This document shows positions 25,160-39,474 of a stretch of 64,000 nt of DNA, one piece after another. The position numbers were made by a program, and so were the translations under genes. The stretch comes from Mobula hypostoma (Eukaryota), in the NCBI RefSeq assembly GCF_963921235.1, contig NC_086098.1, positions 154,380,001-154,444,000 of the forward strand. Direction: 5' to 3'. The stretch's first letter is position 1; the number at the start of each line of letters is the position of its first letter. A model generated the notes under the pieces. That model saw only the letters and a list, made by a program, of their open reading frames with translations, was not told where the DNA came from and ran no database searches.

Positions 25160-25425
25160 GATTTAGAACTGAGGTGAGGAGGAATTTCTTTAGCCGGAGT
25201 GTGGAGAATTTGTGGAATTCATTCCCTCAGATCGCCGTGGAAGCCTAGTCTGTGGGCACGTTTAAAGCGGAAATTGTTAGTTTTATTATTAGTAAGGGTG
25301 TCAAAGGTTATGTGGAGAAGAGAGGAGAATGAGTTGAGAGGGCTAATAAATCAGCTATGATGGAAGATCTGAGTAAACTCGATGGGCCGAATGGCTTAAT
25401 TCCGATCCTATGTCTTATGGTCGTA
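25160..25425 (+). mobile_element. Short CR1 3'-end fragment
   Basis: aggaggaatttctttagccggagtgtggagaatttgtggaattc...gatgggccgaatggcttaattcc...tcttatggtc. Confidence 0.75.
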
Positions 25426-26419
25426 TGACCTTATCAAAACCAGCTTGCAGCAAGAAATTCTCACAATTGTCTCCAGTGGAGAAGAAAGTTATGCTTTCCT
25501 TAAAAAGAAGACCAGTCCATTGTAAGTCCAATTCATGGGACTTAAACCAAGTGAATTGGCTGTTAGGGAATGCTACCAAATGAGCATGTGATTCAGATAC
25601 GATGACGCTGTCGGGAATCGAGTGACTGAGGAATGAGAGGAGAGCGTAGGACAACAAGGGATTGTGTTTTACAGAGGTATACAACATCAGGAGTAGCTTT
25701 GACGATGTGAATGTGTACAGTCTTTTCCTTCGGGCTGGGGAGGAAAGAACTATAGGCCCCAGGTTTAAGGTGAGACGCGAGAGAGCTAATCGGAGCCGGA
25801 TGGGGAAACATTTCACCCAGATGGGTTTCAGTATATGGAATGATCACCCAGAGAAGTGTTTGGGGCGGATACATGTGTACACATGTACTGTGTATTGAGC
25901 GAAAAGAGTCTGTTTTATTGTTGTTTAATAAATACTGTATTGGTACTTGTAATGTAATTATGTTATTTTACCTTTGGACTGTTATTTTGTCCTCTTCACT
26001 CGATTCTAGAAATTTCGACATTAGGAGGTTCCACGGTGTTCAGAGTTTCAATGTCTTCCTAACAGAACCCCCAACAATTTGTATACTAAACTGGTAGTTA
26101 ATGTTGGTTAAATTCGTGCGTCTGAATGCTTGTGAAAGTTGAGTGTGGTACTGTTTCTCCGTCAGTAATGGCAACCTCACCTCTTTAATTTCCAGTTCAA
26201 GTTCAAGTTTAATTGTAATTCAGCCATGCACATGCATACAGCCCAATGAAGCTGCGTAAATCTCGTCTTCCAAAACACCACAGAGAGGCAAAGTCAATCA
26301 TAATTCGCTTTCTTTCCAGACACACCACCAAAATGTTAAACTATGGCATATTGGCGTTCTAGCTTATTCCCTTAAGGAGAACGTTATGCATCAGAGGAGT
26401 ATTAATGTTTTCGACATTA

Positions 26420-26820
26420 ACATAAGAGATTCTGCAGATGCTGGAAATCCAGAAGTACCTACACAGATTTCCGGAGTTCCGGCACATCTATAGAGAGAAA
26501 TAACCAGCCGACACTTCGTCCAAGACCCTTCAACAGGACCTAAATGTCTAAACGTTTACCTGTAAACCTTACCTGTCCATGCACTGCTCAAGTTCTTTTA
26601 AATGTTTTACTGTATCTGCCCCAAACATTTCCTCTTGGAACTCATCCCAAATACTGACCGTCTTCTAGGTGAGAATTTGCCCATCAGGCTCTTTATAAAT
26701 CTCTCACCCATCTCCTTAAAACTATGGCCTCTAGTTATTTATTTCAAACTCGATGAAGGGTCTCGGCCTGACATGTGAACTAGTTATTCCTATCCATGGA
26801 TGCTGAATTGTGCATTTCAT
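26420..26820. mobile_element. Degenerate inverted-repeat (Penelope-type, hammerhead-like) element interrupted by a CR1 fragment
   Basis: gattctgcagatgctggaaatcc arm; motif remnants on - strand 26506-26540 and on + strand about 26748-26780. Confidence 0.55.
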
Positions 26821-26856
26821 GAATGTTTTCGATATGTAGAGATGCAATGACATGGT

Positions 26857-26962
26857 CATTCTCTCTCTCTCCCCCTGTCTCTCTGTCTCTCCCCTCCCAC
26901 CCCCTGTCTCCCTCTCTCTTCTCTCTCCAACACCCCCCCATTTCTCTCTCCTCTCTCTCTCT

Positions 26963-27000
<38 letters not shown>
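26857..27000. repeat. (CT)n / pyrimidine-rich microsatellite
   Basis: Direct reading: long ctctct runs. Confidence 0.95.
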
Positions 27001-27002
<2 letters not shown>

Positions 27003-27914
27003 TTATTTTCCTCTTTTTTCCACCAATTCCTTGCGACAATGCTCCAATATTGTTCTACAGCTGAGTGGACCATCCATTGCTCTGAGCAGGATTTTCTTAC
27101 ACGGCCTGAAAACTGAACGGCACTTTAAATGTTTTATTTCTGTAATCTACATACTGTGATTATTTAAAATGAATATTGAAAATTAATATTTAATTTTATA
27201 GAAACGATTTTTTACATTGTGCTAATCTTCTTTATTAGAATTCTTATCGGGTTGTGATTTTTTGAAAGACTACTTACCAAAAAATCTAAATATACATTTT
27301 TTTACATCAAACAAATGCAAACCACAACTCACAATACAAGTGAAGGATGTCAGCCAGTCAAAACAATTGACAGGCACCATGGCAAAAGTAAACTGCATCA
27401 GAGTTCAGCGGGCAGGCAGGTTATGAACTAGTGACTTCTCTTCCGTGTTTATTGTTGCTATTTGGACAGAGTTGCAACTTGAAACACTTACAATGTAAAT
27501 ATGTTAAAGCTCTAAAATATTTCAAAGTAAAAGCTGTGGTACAGTTATTATTTAGAAAATTGATGGATTATGTTAATTACTATAAGTAATAGTAATTAAG
27601 TAATAAGTAATACTATAACTACAGGATATTTCGCAAATATATTAATAATTGATTCAAAATTATATTAAAATATATAAAAGAAACCTCCAGGAACGGGTCA
27701 ATGAAGGCTATATGTGAGGAATCATTTCAGTTACTCTTCAGGCCTGTAACCCGCGCTGCTGTGAGGGAACAGTCCCCTGACTCTATTCTGATAAAACTGT
27801 CATACTTTTCCATTTAGAGCCCGAATAGATGCTGTTCTTAACAATAGCTGCCCCATATAGTTGTAATTCTGGAAAAATAACTAGAAATGCTTGAATATAT
27901 TCACATCCAGCTGC

Positions 27915-29640
27915 TCAGTTCAGAGTTCAAAACAATGTAAATTTATTATCAAGGGATATATGTGTCACCAGAGACATATTTTCTCGTGGCCAATCTCAAT
28001 GAATAAAATACACATAATAGAACCAATGAAAGACCATACCCAAATGAAATGCAAAAAAAGCAACAAGTGATACAAATATAAAAAGAAAGAGAAAAAGAAG
28101 AAATAATAAATTAATGGATACATCAATAAATTAATATATGGATAGATAAACATATTGGTGAAATAAATAAACAAATAACTAAACTTGAATGAATGAATTG
28201 ATTGAATAAATTGGTAGATATATATATATACATACATATACATATATTGATAGATAGATAAAATGAAGACTCCTTGAAAGTGAGTCCAGTTCAGTGTTGG
28301 GGCGACTGAAGTTCACTGAACTTATCCCGTCTGGTTCAGTAACTTAATGGTTGAGTGGTACCTGCTCTCTTGATCATGGTGATGTCAGTACAGTGAATTC
28401 TGTACCTTCTTCCTGGTGGCATCAGCGAGCAGATAGCGTGGCCTGGATACTGATGCACCGTGATGATGGATGCTGCTTTCCATCGACAGCGCTACCTGCA
28501 GGTGTGCTCGATAGTGGAGAGGGCTTTACACGTGATGGACTAGTCCGTATCCACTACATGTTGTAGGTGTTTCTATACAAAGGCATTTGTGTTTCCACAC
28601 CAGGCTGTGCTGCAATCAATCAATACACTTTCCATCCGACATCTAAAGAAGTTTGTCAAAGTTTTAAATGACATGCTGAATCTTAGCAACTTCTAAACAA
28701 GTAGAGGCGCTGCTGTACTTTCTTCGTAATGCAACTTACGTGCTGCATCCAGGGCAGATCCTCTGAAATTACAACACCGAGGGATTTAAAGTGGATGACC
28801 CTCTCCACCTGTGATCCCCGATGAGAACTGGCTCATGGATCTCAAGTTTCCTCCTCCTGAAGTCAATAATCATCTCCTTGGTCTTACTGACATTGAGTGA
28901 GAGGCTGTTTTTGTGGCACCATCCAGCAGATTTTCAATCTCCCTCATATGTGCTGACTCGTCGCCACCCTTGATTCGGCCAACGACAGTGGTGTCGTCGA
29001 CAAATTTAAATACGGCATTGGATCTGTACTTAGTCTCACAGTCATAAGTGTAAAGACAGTAGAGCAGTGGTCTAACACACAACCTTATGGCGCACCTGTG
29101 CTGAAGGAAATTGTGCAGGAAACGTTGTCAATCCCAACTGTCTGGAGCCTGTAGGTGAGGAAATCGAGGAACCAGTGTACAAGGATGTATTTGCGACTAG
29201 GGCCTAAAGTTTATTGATTAGTATTGAGGGCACGACAGTATCGGATGCCGGGCGGTCCTCAGTGAAGAGCATCTTGATGTATGCATCTTCGCTGTTCAGG
29301 TGTTCTAGGATTGAGAACAGAGCCGATGTAAGTGGTATCGGCTGGTGACCTGTTGTGACGGTAGGCAAACTGAAGTGGATCCAAGTCACGTCTCAAGGAG
29401 GAGTTGATTAGTTTCATCACCAATACTCCAGCCAAATAACCAGCACGGGTTTTATTACTTGGACAGTTACCCTGTCTGGGCCGGGTGCTTTCCGTGGGTT
29501 CACCCTCCTGAAAGATGCTCTCATGTCAGCCTCAGAGACTGAAAACACGGGGTCATCAAGGGCTATGGGCGTTCGTGAAGGTGCCTCTACGTTTTGATCA
29601 TCAAAGCGAGTATCAAATGCATTGAGCTCACGTTGGAGCG
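27915..29640 (-). mobile_element. Rex1/Babar LINE fragment with AT-rich 3' tail
   Basis: YTYDCETKYRSNAVFKFVDDTTVVGRIKGGDESAH and YIKMLFTED...VPSILINKL. Confidence 0.8.
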
Positions 29641-31894
29641 AAACCTTCTTGTCACCTATATCACCCAGTTAGCATCTGTGAAGAGAAAGAGTGTTCTGGT
29701 GAAAGGTTATGGGACAGTAACTGTGTATACCTGATCTTTTTAATCAGTATTCGCCAGAAATACTGATTCTCCACGGTGGTCAGGTTGGTACTGTTGGAAG
29801 GGAAGTCGAACAAGCTGTAGACACTACACATGGCATTGTGATATTACAATTTCAATATGATACTTTACTTCAAAGTATATTGATTGTGACTGGTAGTTCT
29901 ATAACGATCATGCTCGTATTCCACGTAACGCAGTCCAAAATACACAGAAGACATGTATCGTTCTTTTCTAGAACTGGATTCTACGTGCGTCCAATGGCGG
30001 TGCCTTGTTTCGCTGTAATTCTGTAACAAGCTGCAGGAAGTCTACTTCTCTGATCATTTGACTGTCAGGGCAAACATAGGATTGGAAATTCAGATTGGTC
30101 AGCGGAAGGACAGAGGTAGATGATAACCGGCAAGTAGTTTTAACTTCTGCGTTTCATCTATGGTCCAAGACATAATTGGGTCTGACAGAAATTCTGATTG
30201 TTCCTCGAATCATTTCCTTCCAATTGTACATCCGTATTCGTCAGCATCTGGTGCAACCGAACATAAATAGAGAAAATATTTGATATGCAACATCAAGTAT
30301 GTGTTTTGGTCAGTTTTGTAATTCTACCTGAAGGAGGACTTCTCCGCATGTATGTGCAAACCTCCCGGTCGGTCTAATTGGTCTTGCTCGTCTTTTATTT
30401 GTCCATAATAATGTATCGTAATGTTTATTTGAGGAGTGCGAAGTTTATCCAGTACAAGTTTATTTGGGTTCTTACACTATTCTGCAGCAATTTCATTAAG
30501 CTTGTTAGACTGTTGGGCATTGTCATGAGGCAAGAACGTTATTTTCGGTCTGGAATTCCATTCATTTTCAGTTGCCTTTAATTTAAAGGTATGATGATTT
30601 ACTTCCTGTATCATCTATCTTTGGCCAGTAGGTGGCAGTCCTGTTCCATGCATATTTCGTACCGGACTCCAACTAGCAAGAACGAAATCGCTGATTCTGT
30701 GCAGTGTTTCCCTAGTTCAAAAACACCTGTCCTACAAAGCAGTTGTCCTGCATTTTCCCCAAAGAGGTCTACTCCCCACCTCACCGCTTGTATTACTCGT
30801 TCCACTGAACCTAACTTCGGAATGGATCTAGAGGCTCTGACTGGACGCCCTGTGTATCACCATGTGGTCAAAAACTGAACCAAATGACCTGGCTAAAACA
30901 AACCCACTCACGGAGAATCTCTGGAAGACTGGTACAGTCCATACCCTCTAAAGTGAGCTTTGCACACAGTGAGAATTTTAAATATTTCGCTATTTTAGAC
31001 ACGCATTGGCATTTATATATTATTAAGAAAGATCGACAAGATTTAAAAACAAAAAATATTAAAGAGCTTTACAGTTTGATCCAATAAAACTCTTAACTTG
31101 TTAAAATATTATAGCAAACGGAAGCATGTTAAAATACCAGTCAGGTCATTCTGAACCATTTCTTCCCCGCTGCTGCATAATTCTCAATTAAATGAAAAGG
31201 CTCGTTGGCCTTGCGTGGTGGGATCAGAGATCAGACTGCTTTGTAATTTCTGGGGAAACGCGGAGTAAATACGGACCACAGTTGGGTGCGGCTAGGTTAA
31301 ATGACCAGCGGGGAGCAGCCGTTCAGTGCATGGATTGCTGCATTCCCGCAGAACTGCAGACACATTCTGGCACAGGCAGCATCAGGAAAAGAATCACGAA
31401 AGTGAAGAACAGGCAGAGACTGCACAGAAGTTCACTGTAATCGATCTAAGGAAAATTCCTTGCAATTCAGAAAATGCAATGTACCAATATATTAGTCGTT
31501 TGGTTGTCATGACACCGGGTACTACTTCATCCAACCCCTAGACTTGGTGAACTGTCAATAACACCAGCAGCTAAAGTTTCAGAATAATAAAAACTTGAAA
31601 TCACGTGGAATATTTTCTGTTTTAGGATGCGTAAATGAACAACGATTTTTTAAAGGAATTCCGGCGATACTCTGAAGAATTGTCTCCAAAGTTACTACAG
31701 AGTTTCTATGAACATAAAGCAGGACACATGGAAAGCAACTGACGTAACAGTTTCAGATAACATTTTCCGTGCAACGTCGATTAAACACACACCTTCTCAA
31801 TTATCTCCAGTCACAAGGATACCGAAAAGCAGACAGTCCAGAAGATTGAAACGTAGAATTGTAAAAGCGGAAGCTTTTCGAGACCTTTTCGTCC

Positions 31895-33230
31895 TAGTCT
31901 TAGAGTCATAGAGCACGAGAGCATAGAAAAAAGGCCGAGCGGCCGATCTAGTCCGCGACGATCTATTATTCCGGCTAGTTGACTCGCACCTGGACGACAG
32001 CTCTCCATCCATGTATGTATCCAAACTTCTCTGACCTGTTGAAATCAAACCCGCATAGCTTCCACTGGCAGTCCGTTCCACACTCTCGCAATCCTCTCCT
32101 TAAACATTTCAGCTTTCACCTTTAACATATAACCACTAGTTCTAGTCTCACACTGTCTCGGCGAATAAAAAAGGCCTGCTTGCATTTCCCCTGTCTATAT
32201 CCCTCATAATTTTGATTATCTCTACCAAATCTTCCATGGTCAATAGAATAAAGCCCCAAACTTTACAACTTTTCCCTATAACTCAGGGCCTCAAGTCCTG
32301 GCAGCGTCCTTGGAAATTTTTCAGTACTCTTTCAATCTTACTGCTATTGTTCCTGCAGGTACAGAATTGCACACGCAGCTCAAATTAGGTCATAGCGACG
32401 TCTTATAAAACTTCAACATAACATCCATTCTTGTTACTGAATACTTTGATTTATGAGAGCCGATGTGCCAAATGTTCTCTTAACGATCTTGTCAAACTGT
32501 GACGCCACTTTCAATGAATTGTGGTTCTTTATAGCCAGAAATTTCTGTTCTACCCCAGTGTTCAGTGGCCTGCCGTTCAGTGTACAAGTCCTACCCTGCT
32601 GTGTCCTTCCAAAGTGCAACAGCTCACACTTGCCTACATTAAATAATTTATGCCATTTTACGCTTCCAATCTTGTCATCTGCAAATTTGTTGATCCAGTT
32701 ACCTACAATATGATCTAAATCGTTGACGTAGATGACAAACAACAACGGACAAAGCACAGATCCCAGACCTCCAGTCAGAGTGGCATCTACCTACTACCAC
32801 TCTCTGGCGTCTCCCACAAAGCCAATATCGAATCCAATTTATTACCTCATCCTGAATGCCAAGTGATTGAAAATTCTTGACAAACCTACCATGCGGGGCC
32901 TTGTTAAAGGCCTTGTCAAGTCCATGTAAACAACATCCACTGCCTTTCCTTCATCAACTTCGCTGGTAACCTCCTCAAAAGCTGTATTATATTGAATAGA
33001 TAAAACATATCCTGCACGAAGCCATGTTGACAAACCCTAATCTGCCCCGTCTGTCCAAATACTTATCTATCCAGTCCCTATGAATGCTTTCCAACAACCT
33101 ACTCACGGCTGACGTCAAGTTCACTGTCTTGTAATTTGCCGTCTTGTTCTTCGAGGATTTCTTTAGCAATATTACTACCTTCCAGTACACCGGCACCTCA
33201 CCCGTGACTAACAAAAAATTAAGTTCCTCT
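31895..33230 (-). mobile_element. Degraded CR1 LINE
   Basis: NYKTVNLTSAVSRLLE, VDEGKAVDVVYMD, LLFVIYVNDLD...KFADDK. Confidence 0.8.
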
Positions 33231-33499
33231 GCTCAGGGCCCATAAGGTCCTCCACTGTAATTCGTATATAGTCCATTACTTCACTGCTGTTCTGCCTTAA
33301 TTCTATAGATCTGCGCCCGGCTCCCGAGGAAATCCAGATGAAAAACTATATATATAAGACCTGCACCACCTCTTTCGGATCCATGCATAGATAAGCACAC
33401 TGATTATCGAGGACAAATTTTATCCTGTGTTATCCTTTTTCATTTAAATACTCAAAGTTCGAAACACATTTCTTTTCTAAGTGCATATATGTCACCATA

Positions 33500-34030
33500 T
33501 GAAGGAGCCCTTCCGTTGGTCGAAGTCGACCGTGGCTGTTGTGTCCCAGCTGTCTACGTATTGAGGAAGGCAGGGCAGTACGCTGTGCAGAGCAAGCTGT
33601 TGTTATGCTTGTAGCAGGCTCCCCCTCACCACGGAGCTGATTATTCCAAAGGAATGACAGAAGCCGATGCAGGTTGGCACAAGCGGCGTCGCAGGAGACG
33701 CCAGTTAGGTTTGAACTCAACATTAGGGACTCCAGTTCCTGATTTTTCCTCAGGATTTACTCGCGAAGCCCTCCCAATGAGTGGGTATACCGGCAAGGCA
33801 TAGGGCGTTTGAGATCAGCGTTTTCCTTTTCATGGGTGAACAACCAACCACAGATGACGAGCCCCGTCGGACAGAAGCGACTGGTTTACGGCGCGAGTGA
33901 CCCGTCTTTACCTCTTCCCCTGTAAGTAGGAACACTTCCACCAGGCTTAGCAGCTAAGCCATACGTGAATGGCGGCGCTGGACTCAGCTGTCAGAAGCTG
34001 TTTGAGACGCATGCCATTGGGAGCATCCGC
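33500..34030 (+). repeat. Dispersed repeat resembling an RTE-type 5' leader
   Basis: GC-rich non-coding block with motifs I associate with RTE leaders (gacgagcccc, gagtgggtat, cagcgttttcc); no coding evidence, family call uncertain. Confidence 0.3.
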
Positions 34031-34219
34031 AGATATAACAACAAGAAACATATCACTATACACAACTCTGAGTCTCACTTTTTGCGGGAATTCAGAGTAA
34101 ATACAATAAACACGATGCAATTAGTTGAGGACTACACCCAACAAGATGGACAAACAAGTACTGTGCAAAAGACAACAAAATATGGAAATGCAAAAAGAAC
34201 AAAATGAAATCATTATGAT

Positions 34220-35680
34220 GAAACATGGTATCAAATCAGAAACAACCAAAGAAACTATACTCTGACACACCTTCTATACATGGACGATTTGAAATTATAC
34301 CCTCTTTATCAGTAAAACTAAAGCAACTAATTTAAATAGTGGAACTATTTTCTAAAGATATAAACATGAACTTTGCCGTAGATAAGTGCAGAACATGAAA
34401 CATAAACAAAGGTGCAATAGAGCTAGTAGAATATATATAAAACAGAGCAGCACGGTACAGTACAACCGATGGATGAAAATGAAACCTGTAAGTATCTGGG
34501 ATACTTGCAAGCAAAGAAAATAGATCATATTGTGATGAAGAAAAACTTTCTACAGAATTTACTACCAGGCTTAAGAAAATCTGCAAAACAGAATTGCATA
34601 GCAAAAATATAACAAAGGCAATAAACACTTACGCTATACCTATATTAATATATTCTTTTGGGGTAATACCATGGTCCAAAACGAATTTGAAAATTTTGCA
34701 AAGAACAATATGAACTGACATGAAAAATACTAGAAAACAGTACGTACACTCGAACGTACATAGATTAACACTACCTGGGACAGAAGGGGTTGGGGTGGAT
34801 TAACAGGGTTAAAGAATTTACACAACTGTCAGATAAAACTTCTAACGATATATTTTCATCAACGAAAACTGGATTCGGCACTCAACGCAAGCATATATAA
34901 TTCTGATAAGAAATACACAACACAAAACTTAAAAGAAAACACAACACGAAAAAATAAAACCAAGGACTCATGTGGCAATACAGCACCAGATGTTTAACAC
35001 AAAAACTTAACAGAAAAGCATAATTAAAGACCAACAAATTCAACAAGATGAATGCGGAAAATGCCAAGAGAAACCAGAAGCAATCCAACACATTACAGGA
35101 TCCTGCAACAGTTTAACTCAATCTGATTACTTCCACAGGGACAATCAAGTGGCAAACATCATTCACCACATTCTGGCTTTAAAATACAACTCATAAAAGA
35201 AACACACAATACTATAAATGTAAGGGAGATCCAGTTTTAGAGTCAGAGTCCTCCAAATTATATTGTGACTGATCCATTATTGTAGATAGGACAATCCATA
35301 ACGACCTTTCAGGCATAATATCACAGCATAACTTACTTAATAGATACAGCCATTCCAAATACACACAACATACAGACATAAATAAATAAACAACAACAGA
35401 AGTATGCTGAATGAAAAGTGCTAATAGAAAACTGTGGAAGATGAACATGGTACACATTGTCCTCGTGGTAATATTTACAGCTGGTATCATCCAAAAGTCA
35501 CTGCACATTAGCATTAAGCAATTCGGCAAACACAGAAACACTCCACTGAAATAGTACGAACGTTCCTAGATATTGAGAAATATATGCGCTTGACTAGGCC
35601 CACGCCTCAGGTTTTACCAGATTTAGCTGAGAAAAGAGTACAGCAACTGTAATGATTATAATAATAAATAATCAATAATA
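34220..35680 (+). mobile_element. R4/Dong-like non-LTR retrotransposon remnant (RT end, CCHC knuckle, restriction-like endonuclease)
   Basis: HLLYMDDLKLY at about 34268-34300; KAINTYAIPILIYSFGVIPW; CGKCQEKPEAIQHITGSC (CX2CX8HX4C) at about 35053-35106 followed by HRDNQVANIIH; ends next to TAA-rich sequence. Confidence 0.75.
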
Positions 35681-35729
35681 TATCGAGATCAAGAAATGAA
35701 GAGTTTTTAAAATCGAGTCCATAGATTGA

Positions 35730-36830
35730 GGGACAGTTCAGTAATGGGGCTCGTGAAGTTGAGTGAAGGTGTCCCATCTGGTTCAAGAGCCTGATATTTG
35801 ATGGGTACTAACTGCTCCTGAACCTGGCAGTGTGTGTCCTGAGGATCTTGCACCTTCTTCCTGATGGTAGCGGCAAGAAGAGAGCATGATGGCGGTTCTT
35901 CATGATAGATGCTGCTTTCCTACGACAGTTCTACGTGTGTATGTGCCAAATGGTGGGGAGTATTTTACCCGTGATGGACTGGACCGTATTACTTTTTGTA
36001 AGCAGTCGGTTCAACGACATCGGTGTTTCTGTTCCAGGCCATAATGCAACACAATCAATTTACTCTCCACGACGCATCTGTGGAAGATAGTTAAATTTTT
36101 AGATCGTAAACTTCTACCAAAGTAGAAGCACTGCCGTGTTTTCTTCGTAATAGCACCTATGTGCTGCAGCAGAGAAAGATCCTCTGAAATGATAACACGG
36201 AGGAATTTAAAGTTGTTGACCCGCACTGCCTCTGATCCCCCGATGTGAACTAGTTCATGGACCTCTGGTATCCTCCTTTCCACGTCAATAATCAGCTCCT
36301 TGTTCATGCTGACATTAAATAAGAGGCTGTTGTTGTGACACCACTCAACCAGATTTTCAATAGCCCTGCTACATGCTGGTTCCTCGCCAACTTTGATTCG
36401 GTCAAAGACAGTGGCGTGGTGATCAAATTTAGTCTCAGATTCACACGCGGGTCGAGCAAGGATACAAGAATACGACCTTGTGGTGCACCTGTACTGGTGG
36501 AGATTGTGGAGGAGATATTGTTGCCAATCTGAAATAACTGGGGTCTCCAAGTGAGGAAATCGAGAATCCAGTTACACAAAGAGGGACTGACGCCAAGGTT
36601 AATTAATTAGTTTTGATCGAATGAATGTCCCGTTGTAGTCACTGAAGAGCATTCTCACGTATGCATATTCGCTCTTCAGATTTTGTAGGAGACAATGGAA
36701 TGGCATCTGCTGATACCCTGTTGAGACGCTTCTCAAGATGCGATCCAAGTTGCTTCTCAGGTGGGGGCTGACATGTTTCATCACCAACCTCTCAAAGCAC
36801 TTCATCAGATTCCTCAGAATTGAGGGACGC
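35730..36830 (-). mobile_element. Rex1/Babar LINE fragment
   Basis: MKCFERLVMKH, CNWILDFLTWRPQ, TGAPQG, NFKFLRVIISEDLS. Confidence 0.85.
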
Positions 36831-37139
36831 CCATTTAGAAAAGAAATGAGAAAAAATAATTCTTGAGACAGAAACTGGAGCATCTGTGGAATTGATACCA
36901 ACAGATAGCTGGGCAGGACAGTTTATTGGGCATATTAAGGGCGGTGGGTGATAGGTTCTTTATTAGGGTTGCATAGGTTAATAGGGGTGAGAGCGATAAT
37001 TAATCAGCCATGATGGTTTGACGGAGAAGTCTCAGTGGATGGAATAGCCGAATTATGCTCCAGTGTTGTTTGGTCTTATGGTCTTTTCACAGTGGATGTA
37101 AGTGCTACCAGACTATAGTCATTGAGGCACATTACTACG

Positions 37140-37960
37140 TTCTTCTTCGGCGCCAGTATAACTGAAGCCTGCTTGAAGCAAGTGGGTACGGCAGACTGCC
37201 AAAGCGAGAGATTACAGATATCAGTGAACACTCCAACCGTTTGAACATTACAGGTCTTTTGTATTCTTCATTAATCTGTAGAAGCCCTCGGCATTCTGCT
37301 TCAATTTGTTTGCTAGAACAACCTCATGCCTTCTTTTAGCCTTCCTGGTTCCTTTATTAAGTGTTCCCTTGCATATCTTATTCTCCTCAGGCACCTTAAT
37401 TGTTCCCTGCTGTTAAAAACTGCTGTACACCCCCTTCTTCTTTTCAAACAGAGTCTCAATATCTCTCGAAACCAAGGTTTCCTAAGCCTGTTAGCGCTGC
37501 GTTTAATTCTGAGAGAAACATGCAAGGTCTGTACTTTCAAATTTGTACTTTCGAATGCCTCCCACTTACCAAAAACTCCTTTGCCAGAAAACAACATGTC
37601 TCGAGCCACACTTGCCAGATCCTCTCTGATACCATCAAAATTCTCTTTTCTTCCCGGTGGGTCGACCTATCCTTCTGCATAATTATCTCGAAACTAATAA
37701 AATTATGATCACTAGATCCAAAGTGTTCCCCGAGGCACACTTCAGTCACCTGTCCTGCCTTTTTTCCCTAATTGTAGTCCAGTATCACCGGCTCTCTCTC
37801 GTTGGGTTCTCTATATATTGATGGAGGAACGTTTTCTGAACACTTGTAACAAACTCTGTACCACCCAGCTGTTTTACAGCACGGGAGACCAGGTCGATAT
37901 GTGAGAATTAAAACACCTGCTATCATAACCTTATGTTACTTGGAACTGTCCGTGAATTCT
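37140..37960 (-). mobile_element. Degraded CR1 LINE (APE/linker region)
   Basis: LGEHFGSSDHNFISFEIIMQKD and KWEAF...KPW remnants. Confidence 0.75.
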
Positions 37961-39296
37961 CTACAATATTTGCTCCTCTAAATCCCACTGACTATTGAAT
38001 GGTCTGTAATATAATCCCATTAACGCGCTCGTCCCTTTATTTCTCTGTTCCACCCATATAGCCTCACTACATTAGCTCTGAACTCTGTCATTCAGCACTG
38101 CCATTTTCCCGGGCTGGTAATCATTGTAGTGTGATCATGTCTCATCGGCTAATACAGTATCCGATTTCCACTCTATCCACACCCTCTGCTTGGGTTTGCA
38201 TATGAGGAACTATCTCTGCAATATATTCAGAGACTTGTCTTCACAAGACTTCTGTGGAAAATTTCCGAGATTCACTTCTGTCTGAGCGAAAACATTTCAT
38301 TGCGTCTTAGAAATAAATGCCCCTTGCCGTATTATGAGACTGTGTTCTCTTTGCAAGAATCCTCAGCCATGGGGAACATCTTTCCTGCACCTAGCCTGGC
38401 TGGAACTCTGAAAACCTTGTGCAGTGCACTGCGGTAATATTATTGAGATTTACTCTCATTGTTCTAGATGTTACTATGCAGACGATGCAGCAGATGCAAT
38501 CTACATGACAGCCGCGCTATCGGAGGAATTCTTTGAACCCTCTCTACGGCAGGTATATTCAGCCAGTTCCATGTCATTGCTAAATTTAGAAATATTGCAT
38601 CAGTCTCTTCATCTAACTCACTGAAATACATTGTAAATAAGCAGGGCCCAAGCACTGATTCATACAACTAGTCTGCCTGCTGTTTATTGCTAGTCTAAGA
38701 TTCCTTTTAGGAAATATTTATTGACGACAAGCCAATATATTGTCCCTAGTTTAAATGTATTTTGCACATTCACATTGCCACTGTCACAGAAGTGACCTTT
38801 TCCTCCAACTTGCCCAACCCCCAACTTCTCAACCAGCCATGGAACCTTCCTCACTGTTGCTTTGTCACTCTCTATGCTCGGTCGCTGTGCCCTTGGCTCG
38901 AAGTGCTAATACTGTCCTGCTCCAACCTCATATCCTCAAGCAAGTAAGGATTTCAACAATGTTCAAAAGAGAAGCCAGATGTAGGCACTAACATTTCACT
39001 GAAGCAGAAATCTAAGATAATTATTCTAAGGGTATACTGCGCCGATAGCACACAGGAATTTTTCGTCTTTAACTCTCCAATTGCTGCTTTCGCTTAAAAG
39101 TTTATTTATCTGCCCGACTCTTGCCAAGGTATGAGTCACTCCTGCCAAGGTAACTGGAGAATTTGGGCTTGTCTCGTACACATCTATAGTGACTCCAGTG
39201 TTTCTCCTGTTTTACAATAGTATTTACTCTGCTTTCTATTACTTATCTGCTGACTTCATTGTGTTTCTCTCTGAATTTCACTGAAGGGCTCATGCT

Positions 39297-39412
39297 ATGT
39301 AAATATATGTAAATGTCCCGCCCACAATTTGGCATTTTGATAACACGTGGATAGAAATTTGTATGAATAATCAATATCTTGTGACGTAACGATATTTCAG
39401 ACTACTTAAAGG
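39297..39412 (+). promoter_or_regulatory. Ig light-chain cluster B promoter with only variant octamers plus a CRE-like motif
   Basis: ATGTAAAT at 39297-39304 and 39307-39314, CCCGCCC 39317-39323, CACGTG 39344-39349, ATTTGTAT 39357-39364, TGACGTA 39382-39388, TATA-like tacttaaa at about 39403; ATG at 39475. Confidence 0.65.
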
Positions 39413-39474
39413 GAGGCTTGGAAGGAGCCCAGAGCCGAACTTGTGAGGCAAAGCATCCCTTCATCTCCTTCACC

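Noticed and set aside
31450-31459. NF-kB-like GGAAAATTCC as an inter-cluster enhancer
   Set aside because: Imperfect single site without a convincing motif cluster or conservation data.
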